Shown: positions 13,291-26,304 of the stretch, piece by piece
Layout of the letters: every line of letters starts with the position of its first letter
How positions within the stretch are numbered: the first letter of the stretch is position 1
NCBI RefSeq assembly: GCF_009914755.1
Contig: NC_060932.1
Length of the DNA stretch: 64,000 nucleotides
From: the human T2T-CHM13v2.0 reference genome, Homo sapiens
Direction: 5' to 3' (one strand)
The notes under the pieces: model-generated
The model's input: only the letters and a program-made list of their open reading frames with translations
Databases searched by the model: none
What the model was told of the DNA's origin: nothing
Program-made: the position numbers and the translations under genes

Positions 13291-13752
13291 TAACTTAGGC
13301 TATATTTTGTCTTCCCATTTTGAGGACATGAATGCAGAAGAAATTCTCTACTGAAAGAAAGACAACAAACAAGACTAATGATAAGTGACAACGGACAGTG
13401 AGTTTCAATGACAAGGATACTAGGGACTGGTGGATGGGAAGTGTGTGCATCCAGGACGCAGCCAGTCTCAGCTTCTACTTATTGCTGCTCGATAGAAATC
13501 CAGGCAGGGGCTGCCAGATCTTAAGATTCCTGGAGAGATACCAGTGATTTCTATTTTTATATAAAACCTATCAATTTAAAAGAGTTGACTCATTGAACAA
13601 CGAAAGTAACATGACTATATTCCCCAATAAATATTTGTTCATTGTAGAGCATCCTCCTTTGGTAATAATTTTTAATAAAACAAAAAACAAATTTTCTTAT
13701 ATATCAGTTATATTTATAAATATAATTATATAATAATAATCATAAGCATTCT

Positions 13753-14378
13753 TTTAGTCCATTTGGTTTACTGTAACAAAATACCTTGCCTGGGGAACTT
13801 TTGTTTATTTATTTATTTAGAGACGGGGTCTCTGTTGCCTAGGTTGAAGTGCAGTAGTGTGATCGTGGCTCACTGCATCCTCGACCTTGCAGGCTCAGGT
13901 GATCCTCCCACCTCAGCCTCCCGAGTAGCTGGGACTACACATGCCACCATGCCTAGCTAATTTTTGTACAGACGAGGTTTTGCCATGTGGCCCAGGCTGG
14001 TCTCAAACTCCTGGGCTCAAGGGATTCATCTGCCTTGGCCTCCCAAAGTGCTGGAATTATAGGAGTGAGGCACTGTGCCCAGCTTGGGAAACTTACCAAT
14101 GACAGAAATTTATTGTTCACAGTTCTAGAAGCTGAGAAGTCTAAGATCAAGGCACCTGCACCTGAATTTGCAGGTGTATTCCTCATAGTTGGAGCTTTCT
14201 ACCTGTGCCCTTACCTGGTGGAAGGAGCAGACAAGCTCCCATGGGCCTCTCTAATGTGGACATTCATCCCTCATGACCTAATCATTTCTCAAAGACCCCA
14301 TCTCTTAATACTACTGCATTGGGGATCAGGTAGCAACATATGAATCTTCAGGGGGACACAACCTTCCAGACCATAGCA
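13753..14378 (-). mobile_element. MLT1A-type MaLR LTR split by an AluJ
   Basis: Reverse complement begins tgctatggtctg...tgtgtccccc...ttcatatgttg; cagaaatttattgttcacagttctagaagctg. Confidence 0.75.
13800..14083 (-). mobile_element. AluJ-type element
   Basis: Reverse Alu with J-type motifs (ctcctgggctcaag; gatcctcccacctcagcc). Confidence 0.9.
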
Positions 14379-14658
14379 ACTGCTATAGCTTCTTCTACTA
14401 TTTTCTGTTATTTGTCTTTGCAAAGAATAGCCCCAGACTAACATGTTTGTTGAGAACATATGTTTGGGGGTTTTTTTGGTAGTGTTTTTCAGTCTTGGGG
14501 AAGCTGCTAGCATTTGCTATTTCTGGGAAATTAGAAAGCTATGTTTGGTAAAACCAAACTTAAAATATGAGAAAATGGGCTATGAATGAAGATTTGAGAA
14601 AATTTTGAGTAAAATGCATAAGCCATGCATGGATTTTGTAACATCGGTTTTGACTAGG

Positions 14659-14684
14659 GTGTGTATGTGTGTGTGTGTGTGTGT
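14659..14684. repeat. (TG)n microsatellite
   Basis: gtgtgtatgtgtgtgtgtgtgtgtgt. Confidence 0.85.
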
Positions 14685-14958
14685 TTTTCTTATTTCTTAA
14701 TTCATAGCCATGCTATAGATACTTGAGGTTGCTGGATAAGCATCTTTTACTGAAGTGAAGTATTACTGTACCTAATTTTAGAATATATAATTTTAAGGAT
14801 GAATATTTCTATTAGATTTTGCTTTAATTTCTATGAATTTAAGCTTCTATTTATAGACAATGCAACAATTGGGTTTTTAAGAAATCCTCAAAAAACATTC
14901 TGGAATGAACTGTAAAATGTCCCAATTAAAATCTGCTTAGTACCCAACATGCAATTGA

Positions 14959-15252
<294 letters not shown>

Positions 15253-15427
15253 CATGCAATTGATTATTAACGCTTTTGATTTACACTCAATATTTTCTGC
15301 TTCGCTTCCTCTCATCTTCCTTCTCTCACTTCCTCTTCCTCCCTCTGCATCTTTTCTGCATTACCCCTCTCCCCAACTTTTTGGAGACCAGGAAGAAAAA
15401 CGAAACAAGTATTTCAACAAATGTCTA

Positions 15428-15590
15428 TGCTGCTGCTGCTGCTAATTGATGATGATAATGATGGTGATGATGGTGATGATAATGGTGATGATGGTGATGA
15501 TGATGGTGATAATGATAATGATGGTGATGATTATGGTGATGATGATGATGATGACAACGATGATAATAATGGTGATGATTATAATGGTGG
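15428..15590. repeat. (TGC)5 plus degenerate (GAT/GGT/AAT)n trinucleotide repeat abutting a MIR-like fragment
   Basis: About 47 uninterrupted triplets at 15448-15590. Confidence 0.92.
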
Positions 15591-16226
15591 CTAACATTTG
15601 TTGAGTGCTTCCCATGAGCCAGGCACTGTTCCGAGTGCTCTAAAGAGAATATCTCATGTAATCCTTACAGAACCAAATGCTGACAGCATGACTTGTCAAA
15701 CTACGGACAGAAGTCATCTCAGGTAGCATTTACTGTGAAAGGATTTTGGAAGTACACAAACATGATGGAGAATTAAGTGCTGCCATTTGAGTTTTATAAA
15801 TGCAAAGGCCACAGTTTTTGGATTTTGAGAGGCCGGTTCCTAATAGCAGTGACTCAGCAGTAGAGCCTGGAGTTGAGCCCAAATCCCTTGTTCCTCATCA
15901 GGGCCCTTTTCTACATCCCTTCTAAAATTAGGCTGAAGTTAAACTTTTAGCTAGACTGATTGAGGATAATTCTCAGAAACAGTTTCATAACAATGAGATC
16001 ATGGTTATTTGTTATTATTTCCTCAAATTTTTCTTCTACATCTTAAAATACTACCAGCAAAATCAGTTCTGGGACTAATCGTTTAAAACATGATATTTTA
16101 ACTAATATAAATAAATGATACCTAAAGGTCTTCATTAGATGAAGTAAAATAATCAATGCTGAAATTATGTAAAATATAGTCTATTCAGCATCAAATATTT
16201 AATAAACAATATCCTTTTTAACAGAT

Positions 16227-16264
16227 ACACACACACACATGCACACACACACACACACACACAC
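16227..16264. repeat. (CA)n microsatellite
   Basis: Interrupted CA run. Confidence 0.9.
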
Positions 16265-16724
16265 GTTTCTCCTTTTAGTCCTTCTTCCTCTTTGGTGTAC
16301 CTAAGGATCTAGGACCTAGATTTTAACTGCTTTTGTGTATATTTGATATCTTTGCAAAATTCCTATTTGTCACATATTTGAAACTTAGAAACAAGGTCAA
16401 GGCCTAACTAGACATTCCAGTTAATAATTTTTTGGCTCAGGGCAAGTTAGTTAAGCTGTTTGGGCCTCAGGTTTTCCTTCGGAAAATAGTTGTAAAAGCA
16501 CCTAGTGTTTGATAGGTAAAGGTGGGTGGGAGAGACTCTAAATAAGACAATATGTATCAAGTCCCTGACTCTTTGTAAGTGCTCAATAAATCTCAGCCAT
16601 GACAATTCAAAACATCAGAAAGCAATATGTAACTAGAGGTTAGGAAAATATGTCTTGAACTCACATTTTTTTAACATGGGTTGTATTTTCTGTGAGCTTA
16701 AATAATGAAGCCATACTTTAAATA

Positions 16725-16950
16725 GTGTTTAAGAGCATAGGATTTAGAGCCTGAAACACCTGTGTTTAAGTCCTGTGTACTAGCTGTTTTCCCCTTGGGC
16801 AAGTTCCTTAATTTTTGGAATCACATTTTTCCATTTTCAAATTGGGAGTAATAATTAGCTCCCCTACAGGATTGTGATAAGGATTAAATAAGTGAATGCA
16901 TATAAAGCATGCAGACAGTTTGCAGGCTGCAGCAAACAATAAGTGCTAAA
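16725..16950 (+). mobile_element. MIR
   Basis: gtgtttaagagcatagg...ccttgggcaagttccttaa...gattgtgataaggattaaataag core. Confidence 0.65.
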
Positions 16951-17469
16951 AATGACCTATAATGTTATCAATCCCTGATTTAGAAGAAGATAATCCATAT
17001 TTTCAATTAACCATTGCCGTGTAACCAACACTACAGCTTAAAATACAGCCTAGGAGCATGCAGCTTGGGCAGAACTCAGCAGGGACAGCTGGGCTCTGCC
17101 ATGTGGTGTCAGCTGGGGTGATTCTTGCATTCATCTGGGAGTCTGACTTGACCAGAACTTCTAGGATGACTTCATATCCATGTGTGACCCCTCAACTGGA
17201 GTGTCTGAAAAGGCTGGGATTCTCTGGCCCTCTCCAGAAGAGTGGCTCAGTACAGCACAATGGTACAGTACAATGACAGCTCTTTTTTCCAGGGTTGGCA
17301 CTCTTTTTTGACCTACAGACGTGTAGATTCTTTAGAGGTGTATTTGGCTTCTGGACTGGCCCTTAGATTAGAGAAGACCTTTCTCACCTCTTTTAAGAAA
17401 CAGTTTTTTTGGTGCCTTCATCTTCATTTTAATTTACTTATTCTATTCACTCAAAAAAAAATAATTCAA

Positions 17470-17975
17470 CATACAGTGGTGAAGAAACTAAACAAGTTCT
17501 TGCCCTCAAGGAGCTTAAACTCTATGCAGGAGATAGACAATAAACATGTAGGTAAATAAAGTAATTTCAGGTTGCCATTGGTGCCAAGGAGGAAACAACA
17601 AGGCCGGTGTCAGAGAATAACCCTACTTATAGGTGGAAAGAGAAATCTCCTCTGAGGAGGTGATAGTTAAGCATAGTCATGATAGAGGAAGAAGGCCTAA
17701 TTTCGACAAGAGCTGGGGAATAGGGTCACAGACAGAGTGAACTGCATGTGCTAAGGCCCTGAGGTGGGAAAGGCAAGGACCTGAAAGGAGGCCAGTGTGG
17801 CTGGAACCCAAAAGGCCACTGGAGTATGGCAGAAAGAAAAGGTGCTGCCCCAGATTATGAAGGCCAAGAGGTATCTCAGGGTGCTTGGTTTTGATTCAGA
17901 GTGCAATAGACAGCCAATGAAGGTTTAAGTAGAGAGGTGACATTTTATATTTTGCTAAAGGTTACTTTGCCATGA
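17470..17975 (-). mobile_element. L2 fragment
   Basis: ttgccctcaaggagctta...tctgaggaggtga...aaggccctgaggtggga. Confidence 0.6.
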
Positions 17976-18068
17976 GCAAACACATACAGTGTTGAGCTTA
18001 GTGACCTTCCCCTGAACCTCAGGTAGCATCAAGATTAGTCACTGATAGTATCATAAATAAGAGATCTT

Positions 18069-18370
18069 GGCTGGGTGCAGTGGCTCACGCTTGTAATCCC
18101 AGCACTTTGGGAGGCCGAGGTGGGTGGATCACTAGAGGCCAGGAGTTTGAGACCAGCCTGGCCAACATGGTGAAACCCTGTCTCTACTAAAAATACAAAA
18201 ATTAGCCGGATCTGGTGGCGCATGCCTGTAATCCCAGCTACACAGGAGGCTGAGGCAAGAGAATAGCTTGAAACCTGGAGGCGGAGGTTGCAGTGAGCCA
18301 AGATCGTGGCACTGCACTCCAACCTGGCTGACAAGAGCAAGAACCTGTCTCCAAAAAACAACAACAAAAA
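18069..18370 (+). mobile_element. Alu (AluS-type)
   Basis: Full dimer; TSD aagagatctt / aagggatctt. Confidence 0.93.
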
Positions 18371-18674
18371 AAGGGATCTTATTGCTCTGCTCAAATGTCT
18401 CATGAGAACATTTTAAGCAGAGCTTATTTTTGGCAGAGGTTGCTCTCAGGTAAATATGGTCATTTCTTAAATTTTCCAGAGTATCACCACAGTTGGGGCA
18501 CCTCATTATGCATTATTATAAGTCCTTGTGAGGATTAAAGAGAATATATGTGAAATACCTAGGTGTGGGCCCCATATATGTGGTCTACAATATGCACCCT
18601 GTACTATGCAGCGCTGCAGCCCCGTGCCCAACACCTCAGTGACAAAGCTGCATCTGTTCTTTCTCTTGCCTTGA

Positions 18675-18991
<317 letters not shown>

Positions 18992-19768
18992 AATCGTGTA
19001 GCACAATATCTAATGAGGAGTTTGCTAACACAATGCTGGTTAAGCCACCTACTGTGAAAAGGAAAATGAATCCTAGGGCTCAGAGTACTGCGGGGGATCA
19101 TTTGGTGTTGCTCCCGTGAAGCCCAACCCACCCATCTTCTCTTACTTTATGGTTTCTTTTTTCAATGTATGTTTTTTGTTGTCAAGTTCTCTTTTCTAAT
19201 CCTTAATTTTTCTTACACCCTTGATCTCCATTCCTTGGGATTTCATCTTTTATATGCCCCAAAGAAGTTGGAAAATATTTTCACCAAATATGTCTTTCTG
19301 TGGAAGATAGAGGAATGTTTCAAATATTTACTATTTTCTTTAGTATTAATGTTCCCTGATTCTTTCCCAGCATCATTGCTCACCTGTACAACTCTTATAG
19401 GAGCTATCATGTATTACTTAGCTATGGGGCCAGGAGAGCCCACGCAGTGAAGCAAAAAACTGGCTGCTACTAGCAGATCTAACTGGAAACATTATCTCTA
19501 TTTATGTCTGCCTCTTAAGTTGTCTGCACTTTGTGTCTGGAATGAATGGAAAGAATATTGATTGCAAAGTTGTCCTGAGAATTCACTGATGGGTAATCTA
19601 AGGGTGTAAGATCAGAAATGTTCATACATAAACTGGTTTTATAATTCAGTAATTTGTTTTGCAGTGTTTATAGCTTTGCTGTCAGCTAAGCGAGCTACAG
19701 ACAATAATAAAATGATTCTTATACTTAGCATTAGATAGAGCTGTTATTATGACTTATTTCTTTGACAG

Positions 19769-19895
19769 GTTGAAGTCGATCCTATTACTACCTTCCCTCT
19801 GAAGGGCTTGACACCTCTCACAGAGTATACTATTGCTATTTTCTCCATCTATGATGAAGGACAGTCAGAGCCTCTGACTGGAGTTTTTACCACCG
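19769..19895 (+). CDS. COL14A1: COL14A1 exon: second half of FN3-4 ([20 protein letters not shown]...VFTT)
   Basis: ctttgacag| and G|gtaagc; 127 nt, phase 0-1. Confidence 0.96.
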
Positions 19896-21307
19896 GTAAG
19901 CAGCCTCATTATGGTTTGAAAAGTTTTGAGAGTAGCTATTAATATATAGAAACCAGAACCTGGAGCACCTTCTTTATTTGTGATTTTGAAGAGATTAAAT
20001 TTTAATTTTTATTTCTTTTATGTTATTAAAAAATAAACAATTGGATGACTATTATGTGTAGTGGCTAATTATTTTTTATCAAAGCAAGGAAGAGAGAGAA
20101 AAGACCACCTAAATTCAAAAGGTCTGTTTTTAAAAAAATGTATGTTTTTCTCTTCCTAATCTTATATCTTTTACTTTCATTCCTTAGTGTAAAACTTCTA
20201 CATCCTTCTTCCATTCAAATGAGTGTGTGTATTAAGTTGAATTTCCAAAATTGCTGATCTCCAACAGTTTTGGCCCACAAAAATGACAGTCTCATACTAT
20301 TTAGCTCAATATATCAGTCGATGATTTTCCCCGAGCCTGAAATCTTCATATAATAATAAGTAATATTTTAAACACTAAAATTAAATATAAGACATGAATA
20401 CATTATTTTTCTTTTCTATATGTACCCTGTAGCCACTTTTTATCTCTTGGTGGCAACAATTCTATTATTTGCTTTCTGAACTTATCATGGATTGCACTTG
20501 GAAACAAATGTAGTCTCTACTGAGGAGATGAGACGGTAATTTGGAGACAGATGAAAAAGAAGCTGGATTGAGAAATAATGTTTGTGGAAAAATTCAGTAA
20601 TTTAACCAAATCTCCAGAAGGCTAATTCTAGTTGGGATTCTCATGGTGTCCTATCAAAAAGTTGGGTTTTTATGTTTTTTTTTTTGTTTTTAAACTCTGA
20701 CTTCAAATAATAAAAATCAATTCTTTGATAATTTATTTTGGGTGCAGTTGGGTGTTATACTTTCTGTTGTACATCCCAGAAGTGTGTAAGCTCTGAAACA
20801 GTGGAAGGCCTGATAAATTCTATTTCATTTCTGATGACCACCATATGTACAAGTTAAAAGATTGAAGTTTCTTTTCCAGGATTAATACCAGGGAGCAATT
20901 TAGCCACTAAAGCAAATAGAACTAAAAGGGAAGCTTTCTTAGGCCCCTATTTTGTTAATTTCCTCAAGATACTTGGAAAATAATATTAAAAAAAAAAATG
21001 AATATGGCACTCTTGTTTTTTATAGTTAATGAAAACAGCCAAATAGAAAAGCTAAGAGTTTTGGAAATTACTGGAAAAGTTTTAAGATCTGTTATTTCCA
21101 TGGTTTCCCTAATTTATGATATTGGTGAATGCTGGAAACAGAAATGGAAGGCCACCCTGGACTGATGGGCCCCAGTTTTCCTTCTTTCCTGTGCTTTCCT
21201 AAAGCAAAAGATTCCTCAAAGAGTCTTCTACACCCCTGGGAGATACTTGGGTTTTGGCTTTCTTGCCTTCTCATTTCCCTAACAAAACCTCCTTCCTCGG
21301 TTTACAG

Positions 21308-21447
21308 AGGAAGTTCCAGCCCAGCAATACTTAGAAATTGATGAGGTGACGACAGACAGTTTTAGGGTGACCTGGCATCCCCTCTCAGCTGATGAAGGGC
21401 TACACAAATTGATGTGGATTCCAGTCTATGGGGGGAAGACTGAGGAG
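21308..21447 (+). CDS. COL14A1: COL14A1 exon: first half of FN3-5 (EEVPAQQYLEI...GKTEE)
   Basis: tttacag| and GAG|gtgagt; 140 nt, phase 1-0; DSFRVTW. Confidence 0.96.
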
Positions 21448-21900
21448 GTGAGTTTTCTGAAACAGACTGAAAATTAATCTGGAGCATTAGTGAATACCTA
21501 CTGCTGCTGGAGTTGGTCTTCACTTTAAAATATATTAGGAATCCCAGAAGTAATTAGTATTTTACATGGCTTGGAGTTTTAGAAATGTCAAATCATAAGA
21601 TTTTCCTAATATTATGATGTATTGTTGCCAGAGCTTTAGTTATATATTTATATATTTTCAGATTCTTTGACTTTAATAAATGACATTTAATACAACTTTA
21701 AAATGTCACTTTTGCAATATTAATAATTTATTTGCTGAGGGGATTGAAAGGAATAAAGTCTCTGGCTTGACCTTAAAATGGACTTCGACAGCCTTGGAGT
21801 TCTTTATGATTGGTTGTTTCTTGCTTATGCTCAGAATAACACTTTTTCTTTACTTTTTTTTCAAATAAGCATAGTTACTAAGCACCAAAATATATTTCAG

Positions 21901-22033
21901 GTTGTCCTGAAAGAAGAGCAGGACTCACATGTTATTGAAGGCCTGGAGCCCGGTACGGAGTATGAAGTTTCACTATTGGCCGTACTTGATGATGGAAGCG
22001 AGAGTGAGGTGGTGACTGCTGTCGGGACCACAC
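21901..22033 (+). CDS. COL14A1: COL14A1 exon: second half of FN3-5 ([21 protein letters not shown]...VGTT)
   Basis: tatttcag| and C|gtaagt; 133 nt, phase 0-1; [10 protein letters not shown]. Confidence 0.97.
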
Positions 22034-22544
22034 GTAAGTCTTGGTCTGGCCACAGTGCGTTTTAGCTGCTCCCACAATCCCTCTTTACCCCATCAATTTC
22101 CTTCCCCATCTGCTTTATCTTTGGCTATGTAAGCTTCAATTTCTCTTTGTCCCCCAGAATTCTTCATATATCTTCACTTTCAATGAAACCAGTATGTGAA
22201 GCATCTTAGCTTCCTAGATAATGATCAACATGAAGGCAGGGACCATATCTGTGTTGCTCACCATTATATTTTCCAGGACTTAGCACAGTACTTGGCACAT
22301 GTTAACTGTAGAGTAAACACCCATCAAATGGATGGATGGATAGATGAATGGATGTATGCAAGAATGGATAAAATAATTTACAAATGAATAGATTGCCAAA
22401 CAAATAAACCTAGGGCCAACATGTCAAAGAGTTTCTGGAATTTTCCAAGTTGATATTGGTTCCAAGAGTCTTGTACAAAATTTACTTGCTGATTCATTCA
22501 TCTCTTCATTTTTAAAATATGAGGTATTGACCACATATTAAATT

Positions 22545-22945
22545 GCCTTTGCCTGGGTTCCCTGGAACCAGATTCTAGACAGAAATTGCAGCCAGAAAGT
22601 TTATTGAAGAGTGCAGTTGGGAGATGCTTACGTAAAAAACTGAGGACAGCAGGAGGGGGCATGGGAAGAAGTTGAAACTGAACCCTCAGCTAATCTTATT
22701 ATAATGGAGGTCTAGTGCTGGGATGACCCTTCTGAGTTGTCCCAAATTGAGACAAAGGGGCTGAGACTTCATACCCTTGCATCCCCAGTCGCTGGAGGTG
22801 AGCCATTCCCTGACAGAGGCCATGAACTCAGGCGAGACAGTTCCCAGAGCTGTGAACTGTTGGCAGGCAGTGTTCCAGCACCAAGTGGATTGGTGTGTTG
22901 ACCCTAAAAAGAGGATCTGGGAAGAGCACCACATCTGTACTTCAT
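22545..22945. mobile_element. Probable ERVL solo LTR (LTR16-like)
   Basis: tgggttccctggaaccagattc...aagtttattg motif; degenerate. Confidence 0.4.
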
Positions 22946-23390
22946 TCTGCTATATGCCCACGGTGGCTGTAAGAAATAGAAGATGCATTGCTTGTCCAAG
23001 CACATTGCATTCCGTGGTGGTCCTGTTTGGCAGCCTTTTCACAACTTGGTCTACAGCACTGTCTAATTTCCCTTAATTACCATGGCTATGCCCCTATTTC
23101 AAAGTAATTGGGTGGTTTCACAATTCTGTAGATGTAGTTCAAATGTTTATATGAAGCCTGGTATCTGTGATGAGAAACTTTAACATTCTTTGGGTTTCAG
23201 TTTTCTTATCTGTGGCACAGGTATGTCTGCCTTACTTACAATTCATTTCTTTCGTCTTCTAACCATTGTCATGTTTGTTGTGGGAGGCAAGTGAGATAAT
23301 ATAGGTGAAATGTTCTTTGAAAGCTACAACATGCTATAGAAAAATGGACAGTTGTTTTTGCAGCATTTTAAAGTAATATATTGCTTTTAG

Positions 23391-23450
23391 TTGACAGTTT
23401 TTGGACAGAACCAGCTACAACCATAGTGCCTACCACATCTGTGACTTCAG
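23391..23450 (+). CDS. COL14A1: COL14A1 mini-exon: Thr/Pro-rich linker (LDSFWTEPATTIVPTTSVTS)
   Basis: ttgcttttag| and CAG|gtaagg; 60 nt, phase 1-1; keeps frame between flanking exons. Confidence 0.92.
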
Positions 23451-23759
23451 GTAAGGTCAAATAGTAGCCTGCTTAACCACTTTAAAAATTTTCTTTAAAC
23501 AGATGTTATATTATCCTGGTTTTATTTATTATTAACTAGGAAAAGAGATGACCCTCCCTTCCTTTTCTGGCACACTGGTTCAAATTTCACGCCTCTCAGA
23601 GCCTCTCAACACCTTCCTTGCCACTAAATGCCCATGGATCTCCTAGTCAACTGATCTCACTGATACATCACTCTACCTCTTTCATCTTTGTCTGGATGCT
23701 CATGCACCTTACCTGGGATGTTAACGTAGCTGCCTCCCCAGGGGTCTTTGCCCTCCTCT

Positions 23760-24533
23760 TTTTTTTTTCTTTTTATTTTATTTTATTTTATTTTATTTTA
23801 TTTATTATTATTATACTTTAAGTTTTAGGGTACATGTGCACAATTTGCAGGTTAGTTACATATGTATACATGTGCCATGCTGGTGCACTGCACACACTAA
23901 CTCGTCATCTAGCATTAGGTATATCTCCCAATGCTATCCCTCCCCCCTCCCCCCACCCCACAACAGTCCCCAGAGTCTGATGTTCCCCTTCCTGTGTCCA
24001 TGTGTTCTCATCGTTCAGTTCCCACCTATGAGTGAGAATATGTGGTGTTTGGTTTTTTGTCCTTGCGATAGTTTACTGAGAATGATGATTTCCAATTTCA
24101 TCCATGTCCCTACAAAGGACATGAACTCATCATGTTTTATGGCTGCATAGTATTCCATGGTGTATATATGCCACATTTTCTTAATCCAGTCTATCATTGT
24201 TGGACATTTGGGTTGGTTCCAAGTCTTTGCTATCGTGAATAGTGCCACAATAAACATACATGTGCACGTGTCTTTATAGCAGCATGATTTATAGTCCTTT
24301 GGGTATATACCCAGTAATGGGATGGCTGGGTCAAATGGTATTGCTAGTTCTAGATCCCTGAGGAATCGCAACACTGTCTTCCACAATGATTGAACTAGTT
24401 TACAGTCCCACCAACAGTGTAAAAGTGTTCCTATTTCTCCACATCCTCTCCAGCACCTGTTGTTTCCTGACTTTTTAATGATTGCCATTCTAACTGGTGT
24501 GAGATGGTATCTCATTGTGGTTTTGATTTGCAC
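23760..24533 (-). mobile_element. 5'-truncated young L1 (L1PA2/PA3-like) 3' end
   Basis: ORF2 C-terminus open (ORF 24015-24533: [18 protein letters not shown]); 3'UTR reads gatgacGAG, not the L1HS-Ta ACA; patterned A tail. Confidence 0.92.
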
Positions 24534-24562
24534 TTCTGTTGCTCTCTGTTGAGAATTCCCCT

Positions 24563-24867
24563 TCTTTTCTCTTTTTTTCTTTTAGAGACAGGGTTTCATT
24601 CTGTCATCCAGGCTGGAGTGCAGCACCACGATCAAGGCTCACCACAGCCTTGACTTCCTGGGCTCATGCGATCCTCCAGCCTCAGCCCCCCACGTAGCTG
24701 GGACTACAGACATGTGTCATCGTGCCTGGCTAATCGTTTTGAATTTTAGTAGAGATGAGGTCTTTCCATATTACCCAGGCTGGTCTTTAACTCCTGAGCT
24801 CAAATGTTCCTTCATCCTTGGCCTCCCAAAGTTCTGGAATTGCAGGCATGAGCCACCATGCCTGGCC
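24563..24867 (-). mobile_element. AluJ-type element
   Basis: Reverse Alu; TSD tgttgagaatt at 24547 and 24869. Confidence 0.9.
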
Positions 24868-26152
24868 TTGTTGAGAATTATTCTTATCATGTTTTCCTTG
24901 CATTTCTGTGGGTAACTGACACTTGGCTGGTCTATTGTTTTTCCTACATTAGTTGTTTCCTCTCTCAGCTTAGCTTTCCCCTTCACTGTAATACACCTCC
25001 CAACTAGCTGTCAGAGTCAACTTGGTAAAACACAAGTTTGATAATATCATTTATTTACTTCTCTAAGACACTTCAATGGCTCTCCATTACCCATTTGTTG
25101 ATTTGTTCATTCTTCATTTAATCCTTATCAAGCCTTCTTTGTGCTTTAAAGTCTTTTTCACAGCATCCAAGATCCTTCCTAGTTGGGTCCTGCTTCCCTT
25201 CCTGGCCTCAACCATATTTCCTATGCTTCCCCCGTTTTTCTCTTGCAATCCCGAACTCCTTTCCCTAAATGTGAGAAGTTCCCTCCCATTCCCATTGCCT
25301 GGTAGCCCCCCTGCAATGTTGCCAGGTAAATGTCAACCCCCTCCTCCTCTGTGACACTTTTACTATTTTTGTTGAGTTAATAACTATATAAAAACCAAAG
25401 CCCTAACAGTCTGACACACAGAAAAAGTTCAATGAATATTTTCTAAATGAATTAATAGATGAATGAAGAGAAAGGAGAATGAGAAAAGTTGGACAAAGGG
25501 AAATGAAGTTAGGGTAGAAGAGAAAAGAAAAAAATGCAACAAATAAGGGAGCAGGCACCTTGAGAGATGAGCACGAATGTGCCAGGAAACACAGGTAAAG
25601 GAGTTTGGACAAGTACCAGAGAAAAGATCGTGTCTGTGTGGGCTGAATGGATAAAGGCAGCCTGAGCGCAGATTTGTGCTTTGAATGACAGGTGTTAAAA
25701 GAGAAATGGAGGTGAGGGCAGGTGATTGGGATGTGTGTTGGATGCTGGATTGCACACAGAGGTGGACAAAGTCTGGCCCACTGTGCCCACTTGTCCACAG
25801 AGCACTAGTGTGAGGTTCTCATGACCACTCTTTCCTTTGGGTTCCATGGGCTGTTTTTCTAGTCTCAGGGCTTCTTCCCAGTTCTCTTTACTAGTGCACA
25901 TACAGAACTGACAGTTTTGAGGGCTCCATGGTCTCATCTTGTAAGCATCTCTTAATTCCACTTTTATTTGCTGCTAGTAGGTATCATGCCTCCCCATTAA
26001 GCACCATAGCTGAGCCCTTCTTGCCTCATATACAACTATATTACAGGGATACATTAAATGATGCTTGCTGTCACCCCACAGGTATTCTCTGTGGCTCATT
26101 TTGGAATATGATATGTTAAAAGTTTTTTAATCCTTGGTTGTGTTTATTCCAG

Positions 26153-26304
26153 TTTTCCAGACGGGAATCAGAAACCTAGTTGTAGGTGATGAAACTACTT
26201 CTAGCCTGCGGGTAAAATGGGACATTTCTGACAGCGATGTGCAGCAGTTTAGGGTGACCTACATGACAGCTCAAGGGGACCCTGAGGAAGAAGTCATAGG
26301 AACG
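26153..26304 (+). CDS. COL14A1: COL14A1 exon: first half of FN3-6 ([11 protein letters not shown]...EVIGT)
   Basis: tttattccag| and ACG|gtctgt; 152 nt, phase 1-0; SSLRVKW. Confidence 0.94.

Noticed and set aside
24015-24533. Intact-looking 172-aa ORF
   Set aside because: C-terminal piece of L1 ORF2 in a 5'-truncated copy with no promoter
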